This document shows positions 26,901 to 41,900 of a DNA stretch of 64,000 nt, one piece after another. The position numbers and the translations under genes are program-made. A model generated the notes under the pieces. It did no database searches. It saw nothing but the letters and a program-made list of their open reading frames with translations, and was not told where the DNA came from. The first letter of the stretch is position 1, and the number at the start of each line of letters is the position of its first letter. The DNA is from Phoronis australis (Eukaryota > Animalia > Phoronida): positions 202,434 through 266,433 of the forward strand of contig NMRA01000150.1 in NCBI GenBank assembly GCA_002633005.1. The letters are read 5' to 3'.

Positions 26901-29900
26901 ACAATGAACTATACCAACAATGACAACCTGTGGTGTGTCAGTTGCCTATTGAGATTGGGCTTGCACCAACTGATATGTAAAGCCTCACGAATTTTAAGCT
27001 CCTTTGTTGTTACTGCCTGGTCTATTATTGCAAAGTCATCGAAAGAGCACTGCTGATAACAATGATTGGAGCTCTGCAGGTGAATATTTACATGTGAATT
27101 ACTGTCAGAATTTAGATGTTCCTTGGTCCTGGTTTTCAAATGGCGAACAGTGCTGTTTCAAAAGGATTTAACAGGGGTTCCTGGATTCAACCATTACGTT
27201 ATTGTGAGAAACAACTTGACAGTTGAGGATACAGAGTAAGCCTACTTTTTAGGAACGAGGATGTTGAGATTTAAAATCTTGATTAGACAAGCGCTAACTT
27301 CAAAAATTGATTATTTCTGAACTATCGGCAAGCACGGTATTGTTTCTGATATAACTAATAGGACCAAAATGGGTAATTCTATCAAACTGGCTTCCAAAAT
27401 TGAATTCTCCGTGAAAAATTTTGTTGTGGCCGTTTTTTTCCTGAAGAAATACAATAAATATTAGCCAAAATACGATGCCATTGTTTTGGTTTTATTTACC
27501 GTAATGCCGGACACACCTTTGGTTTATGACCTATGAGCTCCAACAAAAGAAGGCAAGAACGCTTTGACAATAACAAACTGGTTACCTGACCCTAAAAACC
27601 CCTTTCGTCTGGAGTTGAAACTGTACAAGGTACATTTTTACTATACTATTAAAAAAACTATTCCTATTAAAAAGACATTAAATTGCTCTCTCTATTCTTT
27701 CCCTACCTTTTTATTGCTCATGTATATGTTGACAGGAACTTGGACATTCACTTTGTTGGTCCCATCAATGTCCACGTCTACCAACACATGATAACCACAC
27801 TAAAACAAGGCAGAGATGTTTATTCATTGAATAAGAAGGATAAACATTAAAACAATGAGTTGCATTGACAGTGGTTGTTGACATAATACTTTCCATCTCA
27901 CCTGGCACTTAAAGCATAAAATAATAATGCAATGTTAAAGCCTCAATAAAAGAACTTAGTCCATAACCAGTATTGCTTTTATATGGTGCAGATGTGTCCA
28001 TTGAGTGATGATGGCTGAATGTCGTGTACTGGCAAGATTTCAAGCTTTAAAGGTCAGGGGTACCAGAGGATCATATGCACGAGCATCACATCTTACGCAC
28101 AAACCACCTACGGACCTATAAATCATGCATACGAACACATGAATCATGCATACGAACCCAAAAATCAAGCATATGAAAAAAATAACATGCGCACGAACCA
28201 CAAAAATCATACATACGAGAATCAAATCACACGCACAAACACTTATCGTTTTGTGGTTCGTGCGTAAACATACATGTTAGCACGGCCTAAACTCTTCATT
28301 AATTGCAGAACAAACATTCAGAAACCAAGACACTTTTTTCCAAAAAATACTGTAATATGATTTTAACAGCCAAATGTGTCTTCTTGAAAAACTTCTAGCA
28401 TGTAGTTTGATAGGTTCTCGAAAGTGGTTTAAAGACTGGAGATGAAAAGATATCAGAGGCCAGACTATTCCTGGTATCCGGCCAGGGTCACGGGTCGGTG
28501 CTTATAAAAAATGACCTATGTAAATGTCTGGTCTGTTGACTAATTTTGCCAGGAAATTGCTTGAACAACAAGAGCAACGCAGAACGTTGAAATGCGCACA
28601 CAAATGCACCGCAAACGAGGTGCTTCTAGGGTTGTTTATTTGTATCATAAAATGGCCAGTAGGTGGCGCAAAAATGTCCACTCCATCTGAAAACGGGAAC
28701 ATACAATCACTTCTTTAAATTAAAGAAACCTATTTAAAAAATTTATAAAAATCTCTTAAGGAACTTCAGAGAAACGAAGGAAAACGGAAAAAATGAAAAT
28801 GCCTCTAAGGGGCACAGCATTCATTGAATTCGCCTGAAAGTCGTCGACGTCTATTGTTAACTTCATATAAATACAATTACTGCAGTGAGTTTAGGAGATA
28901 CAGCTATGGGCGCAAAACAACAAAACAACCACTAGGAGACGCCACAGTAGTCGAAGTCGTTATCGTCAACCGTCCTCTTCACACTGAGAATGCCAATTTT
29001 CAAAATAATTCTTAGAATGGTTAGGTTGACAGAGGGGTGGATGTTAAATAACACTCAAAAAGAGCAAAAATGGTGCAAAATACCTCAATTGCATCTGAAA
29101 ACGAGAGGATAGCGTCATCTCACCAATAGATTCTTATATTCCAAATTTTATGAAAATCCGTTGAGGTCCTTTTAAGATACAGAGGTAAACGTAAAAACTA
29201 AAATTACCATTCAGGGGCACACCAGTAGTCAGATATGTTCGAAAGTGGTTGTCATCCGTTGTCAACATCATATAAATATATTTGCTAAATTTTGTAAAGA
29301 TCCTGCAAATGGTTTAGGAGATACAGCCATGAGCACAAAAAAAAACAAAATTGCTACTAGAAGGCGCCTCAGTAGTCAAAGTCGTCGGAATATTATCATG
29401 TACCGTCCTTTTCATAGTAAGAACATACATGCCGATTTTCACAATCATCCTTAGAGCGGCTTGGTTGATAGAGGGTTGAATGTCAAAAAACAGACTTGGA
29501 AACAGTAAACATGGTCACTAGGTGGCGCAAACTGCGTCAAATCCATCCAAAAACGGGAGGATAGTGTCATCTCACTAATAGATGCCTATATGCCAAATTT
29601 CATTAAAATACGTTGAGCACCTTTGAAGATACATAGGTAAACGTAAAAAACTAAAATTGCCACTAGGGGCCACACCAGTAGTTGAATCCGTTTGAAAGTT
29701 TGCTCATGCCATCCCATCCATGAAAAGAGCACATGGAAAATTTCATGAACATACGACAAAGGGTTTTGGAGATAGAGCAGCGGATGCTAGACGACGGACA
29801 TACGGGGACGACGGCATAATGCGTCCACATATAAAATGTGGGTGCAAGAAAATGTCAACATGAAAATAAAGCAATGGAATTAGGCTCCATTTGATAACTA

Positions 29901-32900
29901 CAACACTCGATCAAAACTCAGTCAAGCAGACTGCCAGAAAATTTACAGTGCAAACTCTTGTGGCTAGTTTTGGGATCACAAGATCTAATAATAGAGTACA
30001 TTTGCCATGAGTGGGAGTTCGCATTCCAGGGCTTGAGTTCTTTGGTATAAATAATGACCAATATAATTGTCGGGTTTGTTGACTAATTTTGCCAGTAAAT
30101 CGCAGGTTGTAAGATTTTCGCTTGACGAAGAGTGCAAACTTTCATGGTTAGTCTCGGGGTCCCAAGCTCTAACAGTAGAATACACTGGTCATGTGTGGGA
30201 GTTGTCATTCCAGTGCTAGAGTTCTATGTTCAAACTTAATTTGAAAGGACCATGCAATAGACTTGTGATTTACAAAATACAGAATAAATGAAAAAATGTA
30301 TTGTAATTTTTTTAACTCTTTCACTGTCAATTTTTTAGAACTGTATTTCTCAGCACCAAATAAACTTTGAGAATACTTACACTAATGTAGGGTACAAACA
30401 TCAAAATGGTATAAAGTTAATTGTTGATGAATTGTTATGAAATTTTCAGGGTAATATGTTAAGACATTTTGTTTTAAACTTCAAAATAATGTTATCGTAC
30501 ATCGAGGCAGGGATTTGCTAGGTAGAGTATTCACGATTTCAGATGAAAAAACAGTAGCAACGGTCAATGAAGGGTTTCAGTTGAAATTTATATCCCAATG
30601 ACCAGAGTACACACCTCATCTTTCATACCCCGATGACCAGAGTACACACCTCATCTTTCATACCCCGATGACCAGGGTACACACCTCATCTTTCATACCC
30701 CGATGGCCAGGGTACACACCTCATCTCATTTCAAAATCAGATACTAACACGGAATCATTTTGAATTTACAATGAAAAATTTTGAAGGCATTGCCTCAACC
30801 ACAATTTGAGAGATAAACAATCCACAGAAATTTCTTCACAAAAATGCAAAAAATTGAAACACTCGACTTTCATTAACGATTTGGCAAAACTGTCTTCCTG
30901 TCTTCTGCTTGCAGTTTGAAAACATAACTATAGATATCTCCCCATGAAACTTAGGATTGACTGGGTCATGAATGCGTAAGTACTGAACTAGCTGATCAGC
31001 ACATTTGGCTGTGACCGAGTAATTCGACACAAGGCACGCATGACAGTGAAAGAGCTAAACTGTCTCAAATGCTTACAGCACTCAACCTCAACAAATCTAT
31101 GGTACATAGACCTGCTTCAAAATTGAAATTCGCTGGTTGATATCTATTGTATGTGACTCATTAATGTGGTCCCAACCGGTGTGTACCTGTCAAACCAGCA
31201 AGTTTCAAGAAAGCAACTACCCATCTTAACTGTTTTCAAAAATTGAAAAATTCCTGTTACCGATCTTTGAGTTTTCAAAATCGGTGAACTGTAAGCAAAG
31301 TAACTCAGAAAAAATTTTAGAGCTACGAGCTTTAAGAAATGAAAGTATTTTGTCGTATGAAGTGTGAACTTGTTTTGTCGTGTGAAGTGTGAACTTGTTT
31401 CCTTAGCAGGGAAAACAGGGGATTTTTTGTGAAAAACAAAACATTTCCTGATCAACAGGAAAATTTCCCCTCCTATTAATAGGAAAAGAATCTTCATTTT
31501 CAATTAAACTTAGATTTGTTCCTCAGAGTTCAAATACTCCGTGCCAAAAGTCCAATTACATCTTTCATATTGTGAGAAGGTTTGAATATCCTGCTGCTAC
31601 TCAGTCATTACTCACTTGAAGTAAGCTTCCATCGGTGCTCGCTGGAAGATCTTTGCCATCACAATTTGTTAATGGTACCATGACACTTTTGATCCTGAAA
31701 ACAGCAAAGCCTGAGTGAGGAAAATGAAGACCCACACCATTGATAATATAATATCAATGAAAGATTTTCTGCAGCTGATGATCAATGGGGTTAAGGCAGG
31801 TGGATACACAAAAAAATAATTTTGACTGTTTTTTACATTTTTATGTTTACCTAATCTTTAATTCTTGATGCACAGTATAGTGAAGAAAAATAAAATCATT
31901 CTGAAAATCCAAAGTTTTTTAATTATATTTGATGAAGCTTAAGTAAGTCATATTGCTGTGATTGGTCACCAGCTGAGTGACTGACAACTGGGAAATTGTG
32001 CGTGTACAAGAGAAGTCTGAAAGGTGTGGTGTCTAGTCAGAAGACACTTAGCATTGACGTGGGTGGTGTTGAATGATGCGATGAGTGCACGCACACGCTG
32101 TCAAGACAAGCCATGCATGCAAGACATGAACAACTACGTTCCAACAAAGTAGAATTTTTTTCGAGATGAACTGTGTTTTGTGCTAGGAATGCATGCTGTT
32201 GGTCACTGGAGAAACTAGACTGTCAAACTCAGCAGATTTTTTAACTTGCCGCCACCGTAACTCAAACAATCAATTAGAGAAATAACCCAGTGTTCAACAT
32301 AACAAAATTATTCTAGTGCATCGATTCAAACGTATCCCTAAATTAAAACTAATGGTATCAGTATACGATTTTAGTAGAAAGCAAGATAAAAAACTTTGGT
32401 AACTTTTGAGAATCTCACCCAAGCGACGGTATTTGCACAGAAAGTGCTATTTTCTTATCCCAAAGTCCATTTGGCCAGAATGTTAGCGGTATAGGCACGT
32501 GAAAATGTTGAACCCTTACGATAAAAGACGTTCTTTATCCTCGTCGCCAATATTGTTTTGTAGATAGTAACACAGTGATTTGATAGAACACATGTCATGG
32601 GCGCACCCAGGGGCGAATTGGGCAAGAAGGTCCGCCTCAGCAAAACAAAAAGTCCAAGTAAATGAGACAAAAGTCCACAGGAATTCTGCGCAAGTAAATG
32701 AGACAAAAGTCCACAGGAATTCTGCCCAAGTAAATGAGACAAAAGTCCACAGGAATTCTGTCCAAGTAAATGAGACAAAAGTCCACAGGAATTCTGTCCA
32801 AGTAAATGAGACAAAAGTCCACAGGAATTCTGTCCAAGTAAATGAGACAAAAATCCACAGGAATTCTGTCCAAGTAAATGAGACAAAAATCCACAGGAAT

Positions 32901-35900
32901 TCTGCGCGGATGCACAATTCGTAGGCCTGAGCCTCGTGGCTTTTTTTTTAATCCTCGTTGATTTTTGTCAGTAAAAGGTCCGCATACCGAAAAATTCGAG
33001 CCCCCCCCCCAATATTTTAGGCTGTGTGCACGCATGCATATATTGCTTGATGAAGATATGGTAAATACAAATAATATTGGAATATTAAGAAATAGGTCTA
33101 CATAATATAGTTATAGTCCTTTATTACACTGCCAGTGGAGAGTTTAGAGGAGTCACAATCAACACATGGTTTTAATGGTGTGTGGTCAGCACACCAGCAC
33201 AGCAGACAATAGATCAACGCTAAGCTCCGCCCACATGACACCCATATTTGACTTGGTCGTCTGTTGTGCTTCACAAGTTCGCAAAAATGATTAAAATTAT
33301 ACTATAAACAAACAGGCATGTCATATTTTCTAAACATGAAGTAAATATCAGCTTTACTTCTAGAATATCAACTGAAATTGGAACATTATGTCCGCGCATT
33401 TTGAATGAATGTTGACCTCAAGCGACAATCGATGCCCGCTTAACTTCAAAGCCGTTTTGCGTGGCTCTTGATTTCAGGGTGGTGACATGATTCTCGGGCC
33501 TATTCTTCCTCAATGCGTGGGTCAATTTTTACGAAATCTGCAAATCCACTATAACTGAAGTACAATCGCGTGCCAGAGTTTCTTGATACATGGACTAGAC
33601 TTTTACTCATTAGGCAGAAAGTGACCAAATGACAGAAGGTGGTGTGCTTGCCACACATACAAAAAATGCCACAAAATCAAGACCATAATGGTTTTGTATA
33701 TATATTTGGTATGAATTAGTAGAATATTGTGTAACGAAACAAGTTGACAATAATGCCAGTGCATTTTGAAAAAAAATTGAGGTAAATTTAGATTTCTTGA
33801 AAATTAAAAAATATGATATTTAAAAAAAACGAACTACAATAAAAACTTTTTTTCTTCAATTTTTGTCACTTTCAGAGTCATGTCTAACTAGTTAAAACCC
33901 CCTTTTTACTTATTTTAGACAAGAACAGTGCATACACCCCTTTAACAGTTAAAATTACTTGTCCAAATGCAGCTGTTGTCCGGCTTTAAACACCTGATCC
34001 CACATCACAGCCGTGTACTCCATTGGATCCAAGTTAACTGTAGCGCTATCACAACTCGGCCAACTGCTACAGCTGCTTAATCGACTCGTTGTGTCGCAAG
34101 ACGCCCGTTTACTTCGCATGAGGACTTTCAAGGTTCTTATTAACTGTAAAAGTTGTAGTGTTTTAAAGTGGCATAGATAAACTGCTATGAAAGTGTGAGT
34201 ACACAAAAGCTATGTGTAATTTGAAGTGCCTTAAATCTAAATGAAGTTCAAATAAATGAATACACAAGTAGTCATCCATACACTTATCATCATGATGCAA
34301 TTATTACCTATTATTATGTTACACAGTTGTAGCAACTTCCTTACTTTGACAGTGACTGAATTCAGTGGTCCCGATGGTTTGTCAATGTTCAGTTGCAAGT
34401 CCGCCAAACCTCCTGTCAAATAACTACTTTGAAGGAACCTGAAAATGTGCATCAATCAATACATTCTTAATTAGTTAATGAAGTCAAACAGTAGCATCGA
34501 AGATAATGTCACTATGGTACACATAATAACAAGTACTGTAAAACAATTATGAGTGACAAAAGATTTTTTTACCTTGGGTGAGAATAATTCTAGCTATGTC
34601 ATTGAATTTTATCTTGTTAAAATTTGCACATATGGCAGTTAATTCTATCCAAGTGCATGCTTTTTCTCAAAGTACAGTGCAATGCATGCAGTTACCACTT
34701 TTTCAGTGCTTCAAGGAATCGTTCATACAAACCTGGCATGCAGCGTTATGCTCCTGTTAATTAAAAGCTTCCATTTATAAGACATGCGATTCGTCACTCC
34801 ATCCCCCGGGCGCGTGGAGTCAAATCTCCGTTGCACAACAACCTCTATGCTATCCTGGGGGAAGTGATAATTATTGATTTCAATTGACTGCTATCACTAA
34901 ACATTTTAAAACTAACTTATTAATAACTATGGTTCATCGATTATTCATGTTTGAGATGAGTTTACATATAAAAACATAAAATTCACAAACGATTTAATCA
35001 AAAACCAGAAATGAAAGTGCCCTAGAAAGCATCACATGTGGCGAAATTAAAGGGATGAAAATGACAATGACCTTTCCTCTATTACTGAGTTACAAAACGC
35101 TACAAAATTAAAGAATTAAAGATTTTTGCAGGCATGAAATCTAAAGTCATATTTATTTCTGAATTTAACCAAACTACAACTTGGATATAACCCAGGGGTA
35201 GTATAGTTGTTTAGGAGCCCCGTTTGATCGGTGCCTCAGTCAAAGGTGAAAGGTCAAAGGTCACATGTCATGAGTGCAACCGGAAGTGATGTCATCCTCC
35301 AACCAGAAAGAAGTGACAATGATGTCACAACTAGGTTTAATTGGACGTGTTACAAAGAGATCTCGATCCAAGGTCAAGGTCATTCACGTAACCGGAAGAC
35401 GTCAGTAAACCTGAAGGAAAACGAGGTCGAATCGGAAGTCATGTGACTGCTGGCATCATCAAGTAGATTAGAGTGTGTCACTGTCCACCACCCAGATGTT
35501 ATAAAAAGATTACATTGTGTTTTGTAGAGTTCAGCTAATCGAGAGTGGAAACAAAATAGGGATTATGTTGGGTACTGAACAAGAACAAAACGTTAATTCC
35601 CTTATTAGCACGTGCCACGTGTCATCGTTGTATAAATTATCCCATTTGTTCTCTCGTATCTCTCACCAACACATGTCGCGAATAACCCTTGAAAGGTAAA
35701 TAACCACCTAACTCAACAACAGGTGTCGCATATAACCTGTGAAAGGTACAAATAAGCAGACATAGTGACGATCTAATATTAATAGAAAACTAGAAAGATT
35801 ATTGTCACGGCGTGACAATAATGGACTCTACGCGTGTGTAATAAACGAATTGTTATGAGAAGTTACTGACAGAAACTTAGATAGAGTGTGGACGGGCTTT

Positions 35901-38900
35901 CAGAAGATATTTTCATTTTTCGCTACGACTTCTACTTTTTGAATTATTTGAGATTTTCTGATAGCGCTGTTCCTTTGTTGACAGCCCTTGCTACACTGAT
36001 GTTGGTCTAGCTTCTGTTGAATAAGACCGTGAAGACATTGCTCATAGAGGCCGCATTTTTCAACGTGCAGGGCTGAACATTGGTACGATTATTACAGCAC
36101 ACAAGCACTACAACTGCGCCATGAATCTTTAACTTCCAGTCAAAGATGACGGAAATATCGGCAAGGGCGCATGCGCACCTCGATAACTGGCCGAAACGTT
36201 TTCTCCTGTAGAGGGCGCATTGGTGAACCAATCATTTTCAAACTGGTCACGTGTTTGTTGCATTTGATCAGCTTTTATAAAATTTGGTCAAACCAGAAGT
36301 CATTTTCAAGATGGCCACTGAGGCGCATTTTCAACCATTTTCTACCATTCTACGGTCACAATTTTAACGGGAAGAGCAAATGACGTGAATTTTTGCATGT
36401 GGATTCTTTGAAGTATGCTCTTTCAAAAGTTCTGTGATAACGTTTTTCTCAGACTTGCCATTTTCAAGTTATTTGACTTTGAATTTCAAAAAAAAACGCA
36501 AAATTTCATTTTTTTCGAAAAAATTATGGAATGTTGCGAAACTATCAATTTACTTAGAGTTTGGAATGGGTTTTCAGAAGATGTTTTCCATTTTTTGGTA
36601 GGACGTCTAATTTTCTTAATTATTTGAGATTTTCTGATAGCACTGTTTCTTTGTTGAGCTCTTTTACTGCATTGATGTTGGTTTAGTTTATTTGAACAAG
36701 ACTGTAGTTTATTTCTTACTAATTTATGACATCGTATGAATGTTATGATGTTGTTCATCATCGCCACCTTCCTCATCACAATCATCTTCGTCGTTAATTT
36801 TGCCTATTGTCGCTCAAGACTGTACGTAGCACTGAACAGTCAGGCCGCGGCCACAAAGCATTTTCTAGTCCCTAGAATTTATGTTGAGCAGGGCTTGGAA
36901 TGACAAATGGCGAAAAACGCGGAAAGTTTTACAGCCCAAAACATGCACACAGGCAGCCTTGAAAAAGTCGGTGTGGACTTTTTGCCGACAAAAATCAAGA
37001 GGACTAAAAAAGAAAAAAAAAGAAAAAAAAAACGGTACCACCTCCGGAAGCGAGCGTCTGTCTTAGCTCGTCCGCCACTCCCGCCTCCAAACATTTTTGG
37101 CTGCAGAGTCGTAGTATTTGTCACTGCGGTTTACAATCACACGAGCCGCCATTGAGGAAATCCATCACGCTATCTCCCCCAGCAATATTGACAATTTACG
37201 TTCCTCCGAAACATAAAGAGAAACTTCCGCTTTTCGAGGTGAAAGTCGTCCGCAACGCGGCGGTAAGAAAGAAATTTGCCGCGGAAATTTTATATCAAAT
37301 CCGATTTTTTTACGCGGAAATATAATAAAATACGTGGACAGAACATTTGAAAAAAGCGGAAATCCGCGTTTCCGCGGAAAATTCCAAGCCCTGGTTGAGG
37401 GTGTGTGTCAGGTTTGGCGGGTGGTTTGAGGAAATTGTTGACAATTGACAGGAAACTTATTGACTTGTGTTTTTGAATGAGAAAAGCCAAGTTTTACCTA
37501 CTTTTGATGCAAACTGGTGGCTGTCATTTGCTATCAACCCCTGTTGTCTGCTGTCCGAGAAACCGGGTGCAATTTCAGGTGGCTGTCAGACAGATCAAAT
37601 TTGCCAAAAAAGTAGCTGGTAAGAGGCTTACCATGACCACATAGTTAGAATCTAGTGAGGACGAGCATTCTGAATCTGTAGTCAGACTTTTTCTAGCACT
37701 TGCAGGGAAGTGGTTATTTCGGGGAGAAAATTGTCAAATTTGGCGTTTTTTGCTAATAGTTTTGTGTGCCGGGATTTTCTTGCCATGTATATTAACCGAT
37801 CAGAAACCTGTACAGTTCGATAAAGTTTTAACGGGCTTTCATAAGATATTTTTCATTTCTCGCTAGTCATCATGATCGTCGTCGTCGTCCTCCTCATCGT
37901 CCTGTTTTCACGTAATTTCGCCATGTGTCACTCCTCCGAGCGCTCTCGCACTGTTGCCAGTTTACCGGGTGCGGGAACAAGACTGCAGGGTATTTCTTAC
38001 TGATTTGTTCGCTACAAGACTGCAGGCTATTTCTCACTGATTTGTTCGCTAGCCACATTAATGCTATCGTGTTGTTCATAATCTCCGCCTTCATCGTCAT
38101 GATCGTCGTCGTCCCCATCGTCCTGTTTTCGCGTAATTTCGCCCCTCCGAGCGCTCTCGCACTGTTGCCAGTTTACCGGGTGCATGAACAAGACTGAAGG
38201 CTATTTCTTACTGATCCTGTTTTCGCGTAATTTCGCCAAGTGTTGCTCCTTCGAGCGCTCTCGTTTGTTTATTGCTTGAAGTCTTTGGTTACTGTAACAA
38301 TTTTTTTTCATTATAGACCATTTCAAGTAGCCAGCACACTTGTTATAGGGACCACCAAAATTCTTGAGCACATCAAAATTCTGAAATTCCGATCAGCACA
38401 CCTCGATAATTCACTAAAAGCAGCTCCACTAACAACCCAGATATAACTACCATGTTTATTAATGTTACTAACACCGTAAACAGGCAACAACCAATTCAAA
38501 TCGGTGATAATAGCCTGGTGGTTGCAGTTGCATCTCAGCCATTTTGCATTTGGCTAGTTTTTGTCCCCACAACTCAGTCACTTTTACTCCTACTAGACCA
38601 AAGCAATGACTTCAGATAAAGTCATAGCTGAGAAAATTTTGAATATCTAAATCATATTGCACCAGGTTAACTTAAAGCCACCATATTCAGAAATAAACTA
38701 ATGTCATTAAAAACTTACATTTACATTTTCATCTCCAGTCAAAGATGCAGCTAAATGGTAACTTAGACATCCACGAAATTCATCCTCCACCATACAAAAT
38801 GAGGCTGCAATAAAACTACAACTATGCATAAAAACAATATGTGATACTGAATTCAACAACCTGTCAACATATGCATTAAGGGCAACATAACGTGTTCTGG

Positions 38901-41900
38901 TCATGATACACCAGCCTGAAAATCCTCCCTCATTTTTGGGTCGGTCGAAATTCCTGAGTAAACCACATTCCGTTATTTGGCCGGTAACATGCCATTTCAC
39001 ACTAATACACATTTCACACTAATACTCATTTCACACTAATACACATTTGCTGATGGCATTAAGATAAGAGTTGCCTAACGCAACAACACGTCTGTTTTCA
39101 CTTTTTCGTTCTTCTGATGAACTTAAACTTATAGAAGATTCGAAATCTTCATAAAATTTTGACCTCCGTACGTGCTCTCTCCGTAAATATCGGTGAAGTT
39201 TTACCTGAGGTCGCTTCAATCAGATCAGCCGAGTTTGCAGTAACTTTTAGTATTACTACGCGGTAAAGCGGTTTCCTGTTTTGAATTTTACTTCCGTTAA
39301 GAATTTAATTTAAATTTATAATTTCAAAGTAAATAGCGTGGAATATCAGTAAAAGTCCTGATGAAAAAATAACAAATTTCACAAATTTATGAATCGCAAT
39401 GGTCTAATTTGTGCAGTGCCACTATATTCTAAGTACTCCGTTCTCGTGGTGCGTGTCATGAGCACATGTGTGAGCTGTAAAGTTTCCTCGTTTTTTGCCG
39501 TTTCAAAACGAGAGTGACAGGTAACCGTGTTCAAGCACATAACTTTCGTGGTAAAGCGAAAATCCCAATGAAAATCAGACGAAAAACGACGCTAACTTCA
39601 CGAGTTGACGATTTTTGTCAGAAGTCATGGCAAAAATCCGGAAGGGAGTTGGACGAAAAATGACACTAAAATTGTTGAAAATTTAACAAAAGTTTTTGCT
39701 TCAAAATTCCACCTATTTACCACAAAAATTATCGTGAACTTTTTAAGACCACCACATTACGATCAATGCTGAACGGTGGTTCGACAACGACATAGTTATT
39801 TGGTGGTTATACTATCCAAAAACACCTATGTGTTACAAGTTCTTTATCCATGTTCGTTAAAAACGAATTGTTGAGAGTATATTGGAGAGATCGAACATTA
39901 TTAATGAGCGACAAGTACGTTATAATGTGACTCAATTGTGCTTTTGCTTCTAATTATTTACATATTAGGATAACTAAACAGACTTGTACTGTATAAACTT
40001 AATGTGGCGTGGTGTTATTGAATCGTAAATTTGGCTGCCAAAAAGTTTCATATATGAATGTTGTGTTGACGTTCAAGGCATCTCACCATTCACTTAAAAC
40101 TAGTTGCCAGACAAGGTGTAATTATCCTGTTTATTGCCCCTATAGCCGAGTAAGTAATGAACTATTGAAATTGAATTGTTTATAGTCCCTTTAACCCCTG
40201 AGATTTTGATCATTTCGCTTCATGAAGATTTCAAGGAAGCACAATAGAGAGTCATTTCATCAGACTACCCAATTACTGAAAATTTACTTTGCATACTGGC
40301 TTGGCCAGTGAATGCCATTTGTTCATTTTTATGCACAACCACCAGAACTTTGTCTTCTAAGCATAACCACCTGACCTTTGACTCCTAGGCATAACCACCT
40401 GACCTCTGACTCCTCAAGCTCAAAACTCAGGAAGCCTCATCAATTTAAATAGCAATAACGTAACCACTAAATAATTAATAAATACTCACACGGAAGGTCA
40501 TCTTGAAGTTTCACTTGAAATGGAAGCATAAAATTCCCTCTTGGTAATACTTTACCTAAAATAAAATATTTGTCCAATACGAAAAGTAAAACAATTTGAG
40601 TTCATTGTTTGAACAAACCGGTGAGGTTAACATCTTCATCAGATTTGGCGATGTCTTGTCTCTCATTCCTGAATCTGATTTATTGAATGATTAAAAGAAA
40701 CATAATACGCAAACGTTCACGTTAGACATAGTACTGGGAAACCTTTCTTACAAAGCTTTCACAACACTTAACTGTAGTCTCACAACCACCTAGAGCTGCT
40801 AAACATTGAAATCAGTTAAAACAAAACAGCAGGTTGTAATTTTAAACAAGAGCAACCCAAAGGATTGAAATGTGCCACGACTGCAGTGCAAACGGTATGC
40901 TTTTCAGGATGTTCATTAGTATCATAAAATGGCCACTAGGTGGTGCAAAATGCATCCCCCATTTGAAAATGGGAAGGCACTGTCGTCATCCTAATCAAAA
41001 ACCATCTGTAAAATTTCAAGAACTCCATTGAGGAATGCTGAAGATTTAGAGGAAAAACATAAAATTGCCTCTATAAGGCACAGTGGTAGTTGGATCCACG
41101 CGAAAGAAGTCATCATACCGTAATCGTTCGGGTTAAATTGGCGAATCTAAAAAATCGGGGGAGGGCGGTTAACAGAGCAGTGGGCGGTTAAATCGAAAAT
41201 CCACCTAAAGTTGGGGATGGGCGGTTAACCGAACATGGGCGGTTATTACGACAGACAACCGCCCTGGGCGGTTAATCTTACCTGGCGATCTAAATCCCGA
41301 CACGACAATCATACTCCGAACGTGTAGCCCTTTTCAAAGAGCTTTATCGTCACGTCGCCAAATGACTGTGAAAACGTCATAACAGCGGATGATCCCAACA
41401 AAGGTTCACTTGCCCTCAGATTAGTCATTCATTATTAAATTTACACAATTGCTGAGTAATATCCCCATGCTGTCCTGCGGTGCGCAGACGACCAGTGACC
41501 ACGCAGCCTCCACTTACAGTCTCATACTATATGTAGCTGTCACGTTCTGAGCCAGAGAGCAGTTTTAAATTGGTTGTAATAAAAGTTTGAAAAACTTAAC
41601 TCTGCTGTTTTTTGTGTTTGGGATGTTATAGTCGACACTCCGTGACTCAATGACATTTTCAGCGTACGGTTCTGCGGCTAGCAGTCTTATCTCGACAGCC
41701 CGGCATTGCTTTCTTGCCATTGCACCAAACATGCTATGTAAAGAAGTAAGACAGGGATCGGGGGTGGTCGAGCCAGTCGTCGATCAAGAATAAAATTTCA
41801 AGCAACTGCATAAATATGTTACAAAATGTCAGAAAACAGCAATGTTTCAATTCATTATTCTAAACGATCACCTTACCAAACTTCGTGGTGGAAAAACGTT

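Noticed and set aside
32455-33035. Repetitive ORFs of 114-143 aa in several frames
   Set aside because: By-product of a stop-free 36-bp minisatellite.
31791-33945. Large Kolobok-type MITE (ttaagg...cctttaa)
   Set aside because: The terminal match is too degenerate to call by eye.
37497-37700. Exon-like segments on the minus strand
   Set aside because: The phases do not fit the exon 5 to exon 6 junction, which is already complete.
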